64,000 nucleotides of DNA. Source: Bugula neritina (lineage: Eukaryota; Animalia; Bryozoa). Positions 17,586 to 32,300 of this stretch are shown here, piece after piece (positions within the stretch are counted from its first letter, which is position 1; the number at the start of each line of letters is the position of its first letter). Under the pieces are notes generated by a model. That model was not told the origin of the DNA. It made no database searches and was given only the letters and a program-made list of their open reading frames with translations. The position numbers and the translations under genes are program-made. The DNA lies in contig OZ037766.1 of the NCBI GenBank assembly GCA_964035545.1, positions 19,332,767 through 19,396,766 of the forward strand. Direction: 5' to 3'.

Positions 17586-18099
17586 TTTAATACTAAAAAT
17601 AGTTTCTAGGATTTTTGTACACCTATGAATTTTTAGAATCAATTCTGATTAAAAAATTGACCTGGTTTTCTTTAAGCCACCACTTTTTTAGTCTGGGTGC
17701 CAACATGCAAAAATGAACGGGTGGAACACATTGATACTAAACTTTTATGCTATATGTCACCGCGAAGCAAACATATTCTACGGATTTCAAATCTTCAAAT
17801 AGCTTTTTTGTATTGGGGGGTTCTCACTTAGAAAGGGTGAATATACAGGGGTTGGCCAATTTTCAAGGGGACTTTATAAAAATTTAAATATGCAATTACT
17901 TGAGTAATTTAAGTTTGACATTCAAAATATTTTCTAGAAATTTTTTGTACTTATGGAACTATCTCTCAAAAAACTGTGACTAAAACTTGATAGGTGGGCG
18001 CGGAGCCAATGGAATAATGTGTTGCTTTTTCGGATGTACCTAATATTCTCTAAGCAGCCACTTTTTGTTGTAGCATCTAGAATAGTAATTTTTTGCATG

Positions 18100-18884
18100 T
18101 AAACACTATAGTGTCCTTATAAAGCCCACAAATATCTAGTTTATTCTGACCAACAAAACTTTTGAAGTTGATCCTACATGCTATTGGTTATGGTCTTGAA
18201 CTGCTTCTGCTTGAGTAGTTCCTTTTTCATAGATTAGTATGTTGTCTGCCACTAAAAATCTTCCATTGAGACCGCTAAGTGCATTTGAGAGCCTTCTCTA
18301 GAACTCCTCAAGACTTGAAGACAATCTAAAAGGCATTCTCAATCACCTATATTTGCCGAACAGCATCCAGAATGTAGACAAGTTGTTAAACTTTTTGCTG
18401 AGTTTTATCTGCAGATGCTGTCCTTTGATCACACAATGAAAATACCCTAGCACCATCTAGCTGACTGAGCACATTGTTCAGTGTAGGCATTGGGAAGTGA
18501 TTTTCTTAGGTCCAAGCGTACTCCCAGTGAGCTATTGGGTTTTCTCACAGCCACATCATTGATTTTTCAAGTTGTTAAATAGTTTACTGGACTGCAACTT
18601 TTGTTTGAGATCAGCCACCATCGAGAGAGGTGTCATTCTATTATGACTTTGTCTTGGAATAACCTTATCATCTAGTTTAATGTGATGCTCCCCAGGCAGA
18701 CATCCGATACATTCGAAAACTTTTGGATAGCTTCCAAGAGTGTCATCTAGGCTAGCATTTCTCATTAAGTTAACCCACTTTTCTTTAATGTTAATCAAAC
18801 TGAGTTGAAGACTAGCATCACTAGATAGAAACCTGTGGTTTTGTGTCTTGTGCACCAGAAAGTACAGTTTTTTTCTAGCTACCT
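18100..18884 (-). mobile_element. Gypsy/Ty3 pol remnant (protease-RT linker and RT), left half
   Basis: YPKVFECIGCLPGEHHIKLDDKVIP..., LRMP and VADNILI (degenerate xADD) on the minus strand; joins in frame to 22173-22335 across the RTE insertion. Confidence 0.8.
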
Positions 18885-21800
18885 TCTGCTGAGAGAAGGA
18901 ACATGATAACGCGAAAGTCAAGTTCACTTAACCATTCCACATGCAGTTTTATTGATTATGACAATGGAAGCAGTATTCGATTCCGGCTCGATTGTTGCCC
19001 GGGTTAATGAGGTTTGAACTGGTCCACTCCCGCTTCGGCAGCCAGTGAAAAGTTAGCTAGGAAGCAATGGGAAAACTTGAAAAGCTCTGAGACTAGCAGA
19101 ATGGAATGTTAGAACATCACTTGACCAGAATAATTTAAAAAGACCTGAGAGGCAACAGCACTTTTTGCAACAAAGCTGAGTCAATAGGATATAGATATTG
19201 GAGCTTTGAGTGGAACTCGAATTGCCCTCAATGATAGCCTTGTTGATAATGGGTACACATTATTTTGGAGTGGAAGAGTTGATGGAGAAAGAAGAGAATC
19301 AGGAGTGGGGTTTGCTATCAGGAATGCAATTATGTCTTATCTAGAACAAGAATCAACAGGAATAAGTGATAGAATTATGAGCATGAGACAACCAATGAAA
19401 AAGAATCATTACGCTACAATAGTGAGTGCTTTCGCTCCAACAATGACAAATCCTGAGGAAAAAAGAGGAGTTCTACAATAAACTTAGAGAAACGGTGAGG
19501 ACTATATTTATCTCAGACAAACAGATTATAGCTGGTGACTTTAATGCAAGAGTAGGGTGTGAAGCTCAAAATTGGCCAGGCATTATTTGTAATCAAGGAA
19601 TTGGAAATTGTAACACAAATGGAAGCTGCTACTGGCATTTTGTTCTGAATACCAGCTTGTTATCACGAACACAGTATTCAAGCACAGGCAGCATCATAAA
19701 GCTACCTGGATGTACCCTCGCTCTAAGCATTGGCACCTCCTGGATTATGTGATTACAACCAAGAAAGACCAGAATGATGTGCTAGATACCAGGGCAAGGA
19801 GAAGTGCGGATAGCTCAACCGACCATGACATGATCGGTTGAGCTATCCGCACTTCTCTGCACTTCTCGCACTTCTAGCATTTGCAATCAGGAAAGCAAAA
19901 GACAAGACAAGTGGCAACTCAGCATGCAAACTGAATGTGTGGAAACTGCACAATGAAGATGTGATACAGGAGTTTCAGGAACAGGTGGATGAAGCAATCA
20001 ACTACAAAGATGATGACGATGTAACCTTGAAAGAGAGATGGAAAAGGTTAAAGATCTCAGCCCTCAACACAGCTGTCGAAGTCCTAGGTAGAGCAGAAAG
20101 AAAACATCAAGATTGGTTTGATGACAACGATTCGAAGATGAATGCATTGCTTAATAAACAAATTAAGACTAAATCAAAAGCACTACAAAAGAGAACAAGA
20201 GGTAGCACTGATAATTTAGCGCAAGCACATAGCCAGTTGCAAAAGTACACTCGAGAAAAAGTTCTCAATGGTGGGAGGAAAATGCAGAATCACTCACACA
20301 GGCAGCTGATAAAAACAATATGAAGGCATCTACAATGGCCTTAGGGAAGTGTATGGTCCACAGAACACGGGACCCGCTAAATTGCTGGCCCAATGTGGTA
20401 AAACGGTACTTACAGCAAGGAATAACACTCTAAAAAGTTATGCCTAACATTTTGACCAGCTGCTAAATGTACCAGGGGAAATGGATCAGGAAGCCCTCAA
20501 TAATCTCATAAATATGCCACCCAATTTAAGTCTAGATCATATGCCAGGTTTTGATGAGCTACTGGATGCTATAGATGCAACCAAGGAGAATAAAGCTCCT
20601 GAACAATGTGGCATTTTAGCTGAAGCGTAGAAGTATGTTAGAATCAGGCTTAAAAAGAGGTTGCTTATATATGGAGTAATGAGAAGATGCCACAAAACTG
20701 GAAAGATGCGAGCATTGTGCCAATTTTTAAAAGGGGTAGTATGAAGGACTGTGAAAATTATAGAGGAATCTCACTTTTGTCTATAGCTGGAATGATTATG
20801 GCCAGTATCATCCTCAACAGAATCAATATAAATATAACTCGAGGAATACTTCCAGAGACACAGTGTGACTTTTGAAACAGCAGGAGCACTATTGAAATGA
20901 TATTTAGCTTGCACCAAATTCAAGAGAAATGTGCTGAACAGGACATGGAGCTGTATGCTGTATTTATAGACTTTACAAAAGCCTTTGATACAGTAACAAA
21001 AAATGGCCTCAGGAGTGTACTGAAGAAGTTTGGCTTAACTGAAAAAGCCACCAACTTGATTAAAGCTTTTCATGCAGGCATGCAAGACAAAGTAGTGAAA
21101 GATAGAGATGCATCAAGTGAGTTTGCAGTAACCATTGGTGTCAACCAGGGGTGTGTTCTTGCGCCCACACTATTTTCATTATACCTGACTGCTATGCTTG
21201 AAGTGGCATTTAAAAATGTAAATTCTGCCAATTAGAATTGCGTAAAAATTGCTGGGGTTCAAGTCTACCCAACTGCCAGAAACAACTAGCCCATTCACCA
21301 CTATGTCAATAAAAAAAACCATCAAATGTGTTTTGCCAGAACAGCTGGGGTTGTGGTCAATCTGCTCTAGGGTATTTTTACAAAAATATATTTTTTAAAT
21401 GCATTTTTTAAGCACTTAATTTCAACATTTTGAAAAATGAACTCATAATTCATAAATTTAAGATGTGAAATAAAATAATGCATGTAATAAAATTTGCACA
21501 GCTATTTTCTAAAAGTATGCATTTTGCATTTGAACTTGCAAAAGTCTATATAAGTTATAATGGCGAGTATTCTAGAATTAGTACAAGGTAGTAAATGTAC
21601 CAAGCTTACATAATCTATTGAGAGACATAATGGCTGTAAAATGGTATGACAAAATTATAAACTTACACTTGAAGTCTATTACTATTACTACTAGTACAAG
21701 ACTACGAGTAAGTATAATGTTAACTATAACATTAACATTGACATAAGTATAACTGTAAATCTAACTTTAATGTTTAGCCTTATACTTGTTAACTAATTTA

Positions 21801-22172
21801 TGGTTATACTTACAGTTATACCATAACTATAGTATTAGTTATAGTTATACTAAGACATGCCAATTTGCCAAGTATGGCTGCCATCCTTATAAAAAAGAAC
21901 CTGATATGGTTAGGCCATGTGCACAGGATAGAAGATAGCCGGCTACCAAGACAATTGCTCTACTCTCAGCTGCAAGACGGCAAAAGAAGTAGAGGGCGAC
22001 CTAGACTCAGACTTAAAGATGTTACTTAAAGGAATAAGAAATAGAGATCAATCAATTTGAGTTCCTGGCAACAGACGGCTGACAACAGAGTTGCATAGAG
22101 AGCTGCAACCAAATTTAAGCCCAATCCATGAAACAGTCATAGTCAAATCAACTAACTGCAAGAAAGAGAGAG
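18885..22172 (+). mobile_element. Near full-length degenerate RTE-clade LINE inserted in the Gypsy pol
   Basis: WNVRT, GYTLFWSG, GDFNARVG (APE endonuclease); WKDASIVPIFK, NYRGISLLS, FIDFTKAFDTV, QGCVLAPTLF (RT); WLGHVHR and RGRP near the 3' end; (AG)n tail; flanked by ACCT/ACCT. Interrupted at about 21220-21580 and 21662-21846. Confidence 0.92.
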
Positions 22173-22335
22173 ACCTCAAGTTTGCACCCTCCTAATGCTG
22201 AAGTGATAAAGCCATCAAAATGCTTTAGCCTTCTCTGGTTGTTGTCAAACTTTGGTTTATCAAGGTCAACAAAATTTTGGTAATTGAGAATATTACAGGA
22301 TCCTCCTGTGTCAATCTGAAACTGTCTTTGTGGCT
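22173..22335 (-). mobile_element. Gypsy aspartic protease remnant, right half
   Basis: FQIDTGGSCNIL...LKHFDG...ALGGCKLEV (DTG protease motif). Confidence 0.75.
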
Positions 22336-25300
22336 GTGGTCTAAAGTGGCACAGGTAATAATAGCACATATATTAATGGCACAAATGGAAAAGTGCGTAA
22401 AAATGGCACACTAGTGCTAAATTTTTCTAAGGCCAAACCTTCGCGTCACCATCCCAAACCTCTAACCCTAAACCTCCAGACCCAAACCCAAACCCCAAAA
22501 TCAAACCTCAAACTCAACAAACCATCAACCTAGTTCCATTAAGCTTGGATAGCTTTTTTCAATATAAGCTGATTCTAGTAAGGCTGGCCTTTGAAGCAGT
22601 ATGAATTTGTTCTCGGTGGCTCCACATCATCAAATCTGCAGTCTTTTATGTCGCTCCGAAGAGCTCCAATTCCAATGGTGATGACTTTTGTTAGTGTTTT
22701 TCATAAGCAAATCCTGATATTCTTTCAATTTTTCTGGTTCTTTCTCTTTCATTCACTAGTTACCAGTGACTGCAATAATAATAAGCATTGTTTCTCCATT
22801 ACCCTTGTCAACTGCAATAATATTGTGATATCTTATAGAGTTACCCCCTCAATACACATTTTCCATAATTATTCATGTTTAAATTGCGATCCTTCGCCCC
22901 CTTAATTTTGTTTCGTTTTTGCTTACTCATTGTAAATTCGTCAGCTAACCGACATTCCGATGTCCAACTCCAACATTCCGAATTTCGGTCAGCCAAAACC
23001 CCGACATTCCGAACTTCGGCTGATTGTCGGTAGATTACATACAAAACCCACAAGTTACTACAATATCAGGTCTCTTAGCTTTGATAACTCTGCAGGTGTT
23101 TATGTTGAAGTTCCATTAAATTCAACTTGGCCATGTTGCATTCACTGCTTTTCCATTCGATGTAACTATTTCCATTAGCCGAATGAAAAAATCCATTCGC
23201 ATAATGCGATAATGGAAACGTAGTGATTGCTGATTCTGCTCAGTGATTGAACCAATTTTAACTCCCCTGAAACCCATGGATTTCACATAACTCCCAGGAA
23301 GTTATCAAAACCACATGGTCATGTTTTTTTCATATTATCCCATTTTATCCTTGCACTAGCTTATTTCATTCATTAAACATATGTATCATAACATAACTCT
23401 ATGTAACATAAATGTATGTAACATAGCTGTGCGCCTCGTGTACTTTCTGGTATTTTATCAACACCTTGTTAGGTTAGTATTTTTGTTGAGCTCTGAAATA
23501 TTGCCTCTCATTACCATTATCATCATCATTATTAATTTTTCTATCATAAACAAGTAGGCTTGCAATATTAGTATTATTATGTAGTATTGTTTGTCCATTA
23601 TAGCTTCACTTTTTGACCTAAATATATTCTTATTGAAATTTAAGCCCAAATCATGTTAATATGTGTGCTATATTTGCTTTACTTTTTAGTATCTTTGACC
23701 TAATTAATTTACTTGACCAACTGATTTGACTTGAGAAATTAATTAGCATATTTTCAGTTTTAAAAATTAAGCAAAGTTACAATTTATGGCAGTCTTAAAT
23801 AAGTTTTAAGTTTCAGTAATGGTTGCAGATCTTGCAGCGTAAAAATAACAAAGAATTTAACTGAACAGAGCCAGTCGGCTGATGAAACCGGTGATTTAGG
23901 TGCGATACCTATTGGAAGTGATGTAAAGCTTCTGGGAAGCCCTTACCGGTTGTAAAATTTTTGATAATCCAATCATAGCATTTTACATATTTTTTTATAT
24001 TATAGCAAGAAGTTAAGATGTAAACACTTATTTTTATAGTTTTTTTGTGTAATTGTTAAGCTCATAAATAATTTGAATGATGCCACTTTCCTCAGGGGAA
24101 AGTAATTATAGCTCCACTGAGCTAATTTATTTGAGGTATAAGTATTTCTAAGTTCCAAGCTCTTTCTCTCACTGATCAACCAAATGATAATTTATAGTAA
24201 AGTTCTACAATGCCATGCTGTTACCCAACTACTTTTTGCATAAAGGAATTCACTTGTGCCAAATGTTGAGGCAGATCTGTTATCCAATTATTTTTGATAA
24301 CTTAATCAGTAGCCAAAAATAGATAGTTTTTTTTGGTATATATTAAAACAGGTGTATGTAGAGTATGAAATATAGTTGATGTAATGAGTGTTGGACAGAT
24401 GCTGTATGGCTTGTGTATCTTATCTCGGTTTATACACCAAATTTCCATTGATTACATTGATTAACAGCTCAAATAACACCACAACTCACACCCAAGACTG
24501 TTTTGATTAGTCAAATGAAAGGGGACAGCCATTTTATTTACTTGAGATGGGGTTCTATTTAAGTGAACCTGCTTTTTGACCTACACAAGTTTTCTTTCCA
24601 TGCTTTGAGTTTTTATTTTTCAACTTAAGGTCTGTAAAAAAGTTCTACTTGTGTGTATAGGCTATGAATTTATGTGAATTATAAAGACACTAAAAACTGT
24701 CTAAATATATGAAAATCAACATTGTGGATGTTAAAGCCAAAAGAGTGGCAGCTTAGAGAATATCATGTAGACATGTACATCTGAATAAGCTATGCATCAT
24801 GCTATAGGCTCCACCTACCTGTCAATTTTTAGTTCAAGTTTTTGTGAGACAAATTTGTATAGGTGTATATTGCAGAACATTTCTAGAACATATTTTTTAA
24901 TATTCAACTTAGATTACTCAAACACTTGTATATTTAAAGTTTCATAATTATCCTTGAAAATTACCAAAACCCTTAAATCCACCTCTCTCTAGCGAGAACC
25001 CCTTAAATACCCAAAAGAGTTACTGGAATATTTGAAAGGTTCGTAATAATGTGCTGCACCTGCCCATTTTTGCATGTCTACTTTTTGCATCTCCACCATG
25101 TAGTTATTTTTGCTCTGTATTGTAACACATTGTATCAGAATGTAAATTGCAACGTTAAGTTTGTTGTGGTAAAGTATTCTTATTAATTGTGATTATAAAA
25201 ATGTACTGGTTCCCAGAAGACCTATATAGGAATTTGCTTTTGTTAATTTAGATGTAGTCCTCTTTTCCAATTGTACCAGTGTTAGATTTGTCAATAAAGC

Positions 25301-26380
25301 TGCTATATTATATGATGTAATTTCTACCATGCTTACTACACTAAAAACTTGTATATTAAAATTCATTTTAGATATAAAACAATGTTTTAATATCAGCAAA
25401 ACTGATGTAATAAATTTTTTGTTTGTCCAAGTCCAATGGTACTGTTTATTCCACACAATCATATTATATTATAAAGATAAGTGCCTGTTTATACTGAGTT
25501 TCAAGTTTGCAAAAATCCATTCTCTATTTGATCTCGTATTCTCACACTGAAATATCAAACTGATAATCTCCCTAGAGTGTCCATAAAAAGCTTTCAGCCA
25601 TAATTGTCTCTCACACTTGCATTCTGCAATAAAATAATATTATCCTTCTATTCTTTGTCTTATGCTGTCAGCTTATACTAATATATGTATTGCCTCACCT
25701 TTTTGTTTAAATGTCATGATTATTATATAATAGTAACAAATATTATAACTTATCATCTTTCCACTATATTGCTTATTCTCACACCCTTATAAACTTTTGT
25801 ATTTTCACTTTGGAAATTGCTTATGCATTAAAGTATACTAAATAAATAAATGATAGTACCTAATGGTAATTTTGAACACATTTGCTTTAATCAAACTGCA
25901 TTGCAATTTGCAGATGGTATATCTTTGAGCCAGCTACTTATTATATTATTATAATTTTTAGGTTTTTATAATACCTGAATATGTCTTCAGGGCCATAAAC
26001 AACTTGAATCAATTACTCTTATAATTCCTTGTATTAGATTTCTAATATAATGTGATAAAGATGTGTGATGAATGTTCAAACAGTCACATTATATTACAAA
26101 TCAGAAAATGCAACTGATTATAGCCAGTTGCAATAAATATACATGGACATGGTTTCTATCAAATATGAATTATTATATAGATATATATCATTATTATAAC
26201 ATTGTATATTATTATCACTATTTTAGTTGTATAAAACCTGCATTCTGTATTACAAAGATTAGTTGCAGGAATCAAGCTTGAGGTAATTTCATGCTCTATA
26301 CCTAGTGTAGCTGATACTAAATAGTCACTAGCTATCTTTCCATGCTGTAAGACTCTAGCTAGTCAGCCATCGAGGCAGCA

Positions 26381-29300
26381 ATGGATGGTTTAACTGAAGT
26401 TACTATCCAGTTAGAGCATGGTGGTCCTTGGGGTTTTCGCTTAAAAGGTGGGGCAGATTATGCATGTCCATTACAAGTGGCTAAGGTAAGTTGCATTTTA
26501 TATTATATTGAAAGGAACGTATGCAAGATAATACTAATAATGGCAGCTCTAGTTTCACTAACTATATGTTAGTTACACAAGTTGAACTTGTGAAATTTTG
26601 TTAAATCTTGTTAGCCATGTAATGTCGAAATACTGTAATGACTATTAGATGGAAGAATACACCCACTTTTCCTAAGGAATTTTATTAGTGGCAGCGCTAT
26701 ATTATGTGACTGTATTTAGACTATCAAAATTCCTGACATAACAAAATATATACTTTTATTTTAAAACCAACTACACCACTACTGATAAGATCTTCAGCTG
26801 TTCCAATTTAGAATGTACTTTAATTAATGCCGTGACAGACACGTTTAGATGGCAGCATTTTAATATTATGAAAGAATGTGTTCATTTTTAAATTACTCAG
26901 CCAATCAGGTGGTAGTGGTGCAAAATGCCATTTTTGCCAAGTCTTTCTTTTACGTCCTTCCCTCACAGGTAACAAACATCTTTCACAAAAATGTGTGCTT
27001 TAAATAGTACTATCTTTTATATTGCAAGTATGTTTCAGTTAAACTGGAGTAACTAGAGATCGCACACAGCTCTTTAAAACAATATATTGCAGTGAAATTG
27101 TGAAACTTTTGGGAAATTATAGTGATGTGTTTTACCTATTTATTGCAGTCAGAAATCTTTTAGAGTAATCACCCTTGCTGAATTGTCTAATTTGTAATTA
27201 ATGAAGAATGATCTAGTTCCAGTTATTCTCATTTAATTATGACAGAAGTATTTTAGTATTCATCATAATGCAATGCATGAGATTCTTTCTCAGCAACTTA
27301 GAAGTTGCATTATTTTAAGTGCTCAGCAGGCATAAAATGTTGGACATCGGTAGTGCTCAGTGATGATTTCTATATTTATAGTAATTTACTTTGTAAAGAA
27401 TAGCAAACTAAGTTAAAACCTATGAGAATTATGGAAAATGTTCTATATTAATTTATGATAGTAGGATGGCAACAGCTGTATAATTCAACTTGATGTTATA
27501 AGCACTGCATTTAAAAATAATAGTTGAAAGGGCTACCTACATTCAACATTATTTGATCAAATAGTAAATGAAATTTAAAGATGATAAAATTGTAAGGTTT
27601 TCCAATTCATACTACTAGACTGTGTATGATCGTCACATAAACAATTTTAAAATTACCATGCTTATCCTATAATACAAGAAATATAAAAACACTCCTGCAA
27701 GTTTATAGTCACCATCCCTGTGAGAAAACCCTGATGGAAGGGGTTTTTGTTAAATTGAGCTAAGGACTTATTCAGATGGGGCACAGGAACAATTATGACT
27801 GAATGCTCTTTCTAACATCACCAATGGCCTTTGTCTGGGTTCGAATCCATGATTTTGTGCTTACTAGACAAACACTCTAACCCCTAGGGCGTAGACCACA
27901 GCTGCTCCCTAAAACATCAGAAATATAGACATTAGTAATTTATCTATGTCAAATTATATAGTAGGCTACTGTTTAGCATTTTGGCTAACTGTTACAGAAA
28001 ACCGTGATTATGGTAACTGTTTCCAGCATACTTTTGCTTGCATATTCTGCATACAAAAAAGTTTTACTCCTGTGTTATATTATGCACTAGAGGCTGCAGC
28101 TAAAGGTTAGAGTTAGACAGATATTGTGATAAAATTATTTTTTTTTGTGCTTTTATTATAAATCATCATAAGGTTGGTTTTGCATCAGTATGGAAAAGTG
28201 ATAATCACTGATCTATATATCTACAATATAATATTTATAGGTTGTCAGTTAGATTGTCTTTCTCTTAAAGGTTAGAGTCAATAGCAAATCTTACTTGGCT
28301 GGTTTAATGGAAGGGGACATCATTAGTAAAGTGAACAATGAAGATGTCAGTTTAACTACAAGTGGATATGTAAATAAAGTAGTATCAGAAGGAGGAGATA
28401 ATATCACTCTTGAAGTCATAAGGTAAGACACACTTGAACGGTGGTTTTCAATTTTAGCATCTTAAAATAATATGATTGGGAATTATACTAACAAATCTCT
28501 GCCGGAATTTGCTTGCATATATGCAAAATAGAACTGTTAGGTTTGGTTAGCTACAGATATATTTACTACTAAAAAACAATAACAATTTGCAGCTGGATGT
28601 AGCAAAATTTCCTTTTCTGATAAATATCGACAATCAAGCAGTGCTCATCCAACAGTCTAATCTGAGAATATTAGCTAACAGAAAGTATATCTGGACATAT
28701 GCTGTAACGTAGAATATTAGGATGCTGGTTTATGTTACCAGGCAGCTGCCAGCAATGTACTATGTAACCATGGGTGTTATACTCTAGAGTCTAGACTCTA
28801 GAGTCTAGGGGGTGCAATGGGAGATTATAGTGAGAACAGGCTGCACAAGGAGTTAGGTTCAACATATCTCTAGTAATAGATAAACAACCTATGCTGATAC
28901 TAATTGGCAGACCCATGGCATTATGGATAGCTATAATAACTAGATTGTAGGTGTGTGTAACTTGTCACAAATCTTCAGTAGATGTTATGTGGTTCAATTG
29001 AGCTTTTACTGAAGTACATCAGTTTTCCTTAGGATAGGATAATGTTCACAAGAATAAAAACCAGATCTGTTTAAAGTTTCTATCCCTGTAAGAACCTCTG
29101 TAATTGCAAAAGTTTTTAAACTGCCTAAGGCTTGGCCTCTCACCATGCTGGCAACATGGGGGGAGACCTTTTCTGTAGCACAAGAGTACTTGCGACTTTT
29201 GATGCCCTTCTTGGTTTAACCATTAGACCAAGCTGACTTCTAGGTCTACTAGATGCATATATCAAAAGAAAAGGCATATCATAATAAATTTACTTTAAAA

Positions 29301-32300
29301 TAAAAATGGGCTGTAATATGTTATAGTTTTACCTGCAATATTTTGCTAATATAAAAAACTAACAATTTAGTAAATACATATTGCTAGTTCTATAAGCAAT
29401 GTTTTTGGATAGAGCTGAAATATGAGACAGTTAAGTAAGCTTAATTTGCATTAATGCATACAAGGCAGTGCAATAGAGCATTTCTAGTTCAAGAGAGTCT
29501 TATAGTCTAGGTTCTCTAGGATAATAGTTATTGAAAACAGTCAATCACTCATCAGCTCTGCCAATACCTTTCAAAGGCTGTCAGGGTCATCTTGAACTTA
29601 ACACTTTTGGGACAGCTTTGCAAATGACACTAGTATTATGTTGACTAAATATGTTAAGTGCACCCAAGGAGAATCTCTAAATGGAATGAAATCAGTACAA
29701 TCGTATCAACATAATACAGAGAAGATGTTCGCTTCTTCATATCGAAGCACTGTGGAATGGAAATGGAATCCTTATAAAAGGCAATTTTGTATTGATCCTG
29801 TTGAGGGCAGTACTAGTTTAACATCTGTACACACTTTGAGGTCAGAGTATTTTCAGTTGTTATAGTGAGCTAAATGTTGTACTCTATGTATGTGTGTTAT
29901 GTTATATAATGTCTTTTAGATTAAAACTTCTAAATTGGTCTTAAATTTTCAATAACCTAAAATTTGCTTCCTTCAAAAATATTGATGAAAGCTAAAAGAA
30001 AGGATGAAAATTGTTAAAGAAAAATTTAGTTTTGTTTCAGCTATAGCTTCCACCTCTCCAAACGCTGTGATCTATGAGCTAAACCAACATCATATGTAAT
30101 GTTTTACTTAAAAACTAGGCGGTGAAGTTGACAAATAATCAGCTGAAATTAAATTAAATTTCTGTTTCAAGTATCTACCGCCAGGAATTAGTATCTGAAA
30201 AAGAAATTATTATACTAGTAGGTTATATACATTATTAGTAGCAGGAAGGTGTTTATTATACTAGTAGGTTATATACATTATTAGTAGCAGGAAGGTGTTT
30301 ATATTATACTAGTAGGTTATATACATTATTAGTAGCAGGAAGGTGTTTATTATAACGGATATATAGTTTTCCATCTTGAATTTGTTGTTGGTTGGTTGTT
30401 TGTTTTCTTGGTGGGATGTCTGAATACTCAACTATTATTTCGACACCACAGGTAGTTTTTCATTATCAAGCCAATTCTTTTCTCCCTCAGTAGTATAAAT
30501 TCCTTTAAAATGCTATGGGATTGTGGTTTTAAATTCAGCCATGTATACAATATATGCCGCAGCTATGCAAGTAAAATTGTGTTGTCCTCAAAGCCTAATT
30601 CAGTATGTTAAGTTTTGTGTCAAACACCTTATGGCAAAGTTTGACATTCTTTTATTAGTGTTCTAGCATTTGTTGTGCCTTTCCTTTGCAAATGGTTGAA
30701 TAAAGTGTGTATGCAATGCATTGCGTTACCAGGTTTAATATTTGGCATTTATATTATATACCTACAATTGGATACATTCTACAAATGTTTCATAGTATTG
30801 GTGGTAATTTTTGAGTTGTTGTCTAAAGATTTAACAAATCTTTCTTATATTAATCTTGTCTATTTGATGATTTTTATGCAAATCCTCCATATTGTCTTGC
30901 ACTTTTACTAAACCTCATATAGTCCAACACTTTGACTATTGCCTATATAATCATGCACTTTGACTATATAAAATTTTAACTATTTCAAACATGTATGCAG
31001 CTTTTCTGGGTATCTACACATATAAAACAAACTAAACCGCTGTAACACTCCTCATTGAGAAGTATTGATCAATTTGATGGTGTAGTAACTAATGATTACG
31101 TGATTATTGTAGCAATATGTGGTATTACAAAATAAAATAAATTTTCCACGTGCTTGGAGGTCTAACTGAGCTATTTAATACCTCAAGTGTTTTTTTACAA
31201 CTTGTCTTCTGCTTGCAGCTTAAAGTCAAAACACACTTGGTGCAAATAACTTAAAAATGTAACTCCAAAAGCTGAGAGAAGTTCCAATGCACTAAGTTTG
31301 AATGACTATAAGGCTGAGATTTTTGCTGTACATTGCAATCAAAGAAATAGCTTAAGGAGATGCACTTTTATATAACAAAACCCTATAAGTACTTGTGCAT
31401 TTTACAGAGTTTTGGTTTATTCAAGTTTCCATTAAAAAATAAAAAAATTGTTTTGCAGAAATGCTCCCTCAGTTGAAGAAGCATACAGAACTCTAGTACA
31501 GAGAAGCAGACAAGGTAATCAAAACCAACAGCAGGACCAAAAGTTGCATCACTCCTCTACCACTTCTACTAATAGATATGAACCTGGTCTATCTCAAACA
31601 CAATTTGTCCTTGGGCATTCACCAAGTCCACGACGATCTTTACGGATTCTCACTAGATCCAATTCTACAGGAAATCTCTTGATACCCCAAAGTAAAGGAG
31701 TTGGGCATCTGAATGCAGTTGTGAGTCCTGAGAGGTAAGACATTGAAGATAGTTGACCAGCTAAAATTATATAAACTGCTTGCTTATAACAATATACATG
31801 TAGTTCTTGGGTAGGTAATTATACTGGTTTTATACTTGATTTTTTTGCTTTGAAAATACATTAAGCAAGTTACAAATCTGTAGAACTGTCGAAGTTGATA
31901 TATCAAAAGACTGTTGAATACTTTCAGGGAAGCCCAATATAAGACATATCAGAGTGAAGTTAAGCCTCAGAAATTACCTCCAGGTAGGCCTGGAACCAAA
32001 GGCCCTATAATAAGGCAGATTCCTGTTGCCACCCACAGAGCCACTTCTCTACCCAGAAACACTCCTGGCACTACTATTACTGAAAGGCTGCCTCCTATTG
32101 TTGGTACAGAAGAACCAAGGCATTCGTTCTTTAAAAAGTGAAGTTCTGCTCATAAATATAATATAATTTAAATATAATCAATTGGATTAATCAGTAGCAA
32201 GGTTCGTAGGACACTACTTTGAGTGGATTTGAACAGGTAGCTGACATATTTCAACTATGAGCCAAAGAGCATTTTAGTGCCAGAAAATATCCTTTTAGAT

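Noticed and set aside
18885-19065. HDV-like ribozyme in the RTE 5' region
   Set aside because: I could not fold the nested double pseudoknot by eye; a structure-descriptor search would be needed.
28781-28807. TCTAGA-based small palindrome (ACTCTAGAGTCTAGACTCTAGAGTCTAG)
   Set aside because: Too short to assign; it could be a hAT excision footprint but this is unsupported.
30207-30354. Repeat array considered as CRISPR-like
   Set aside because: Units are head-to-tail with no unique spacers and the context is a eukaryotic intron; it is a minisatellite.
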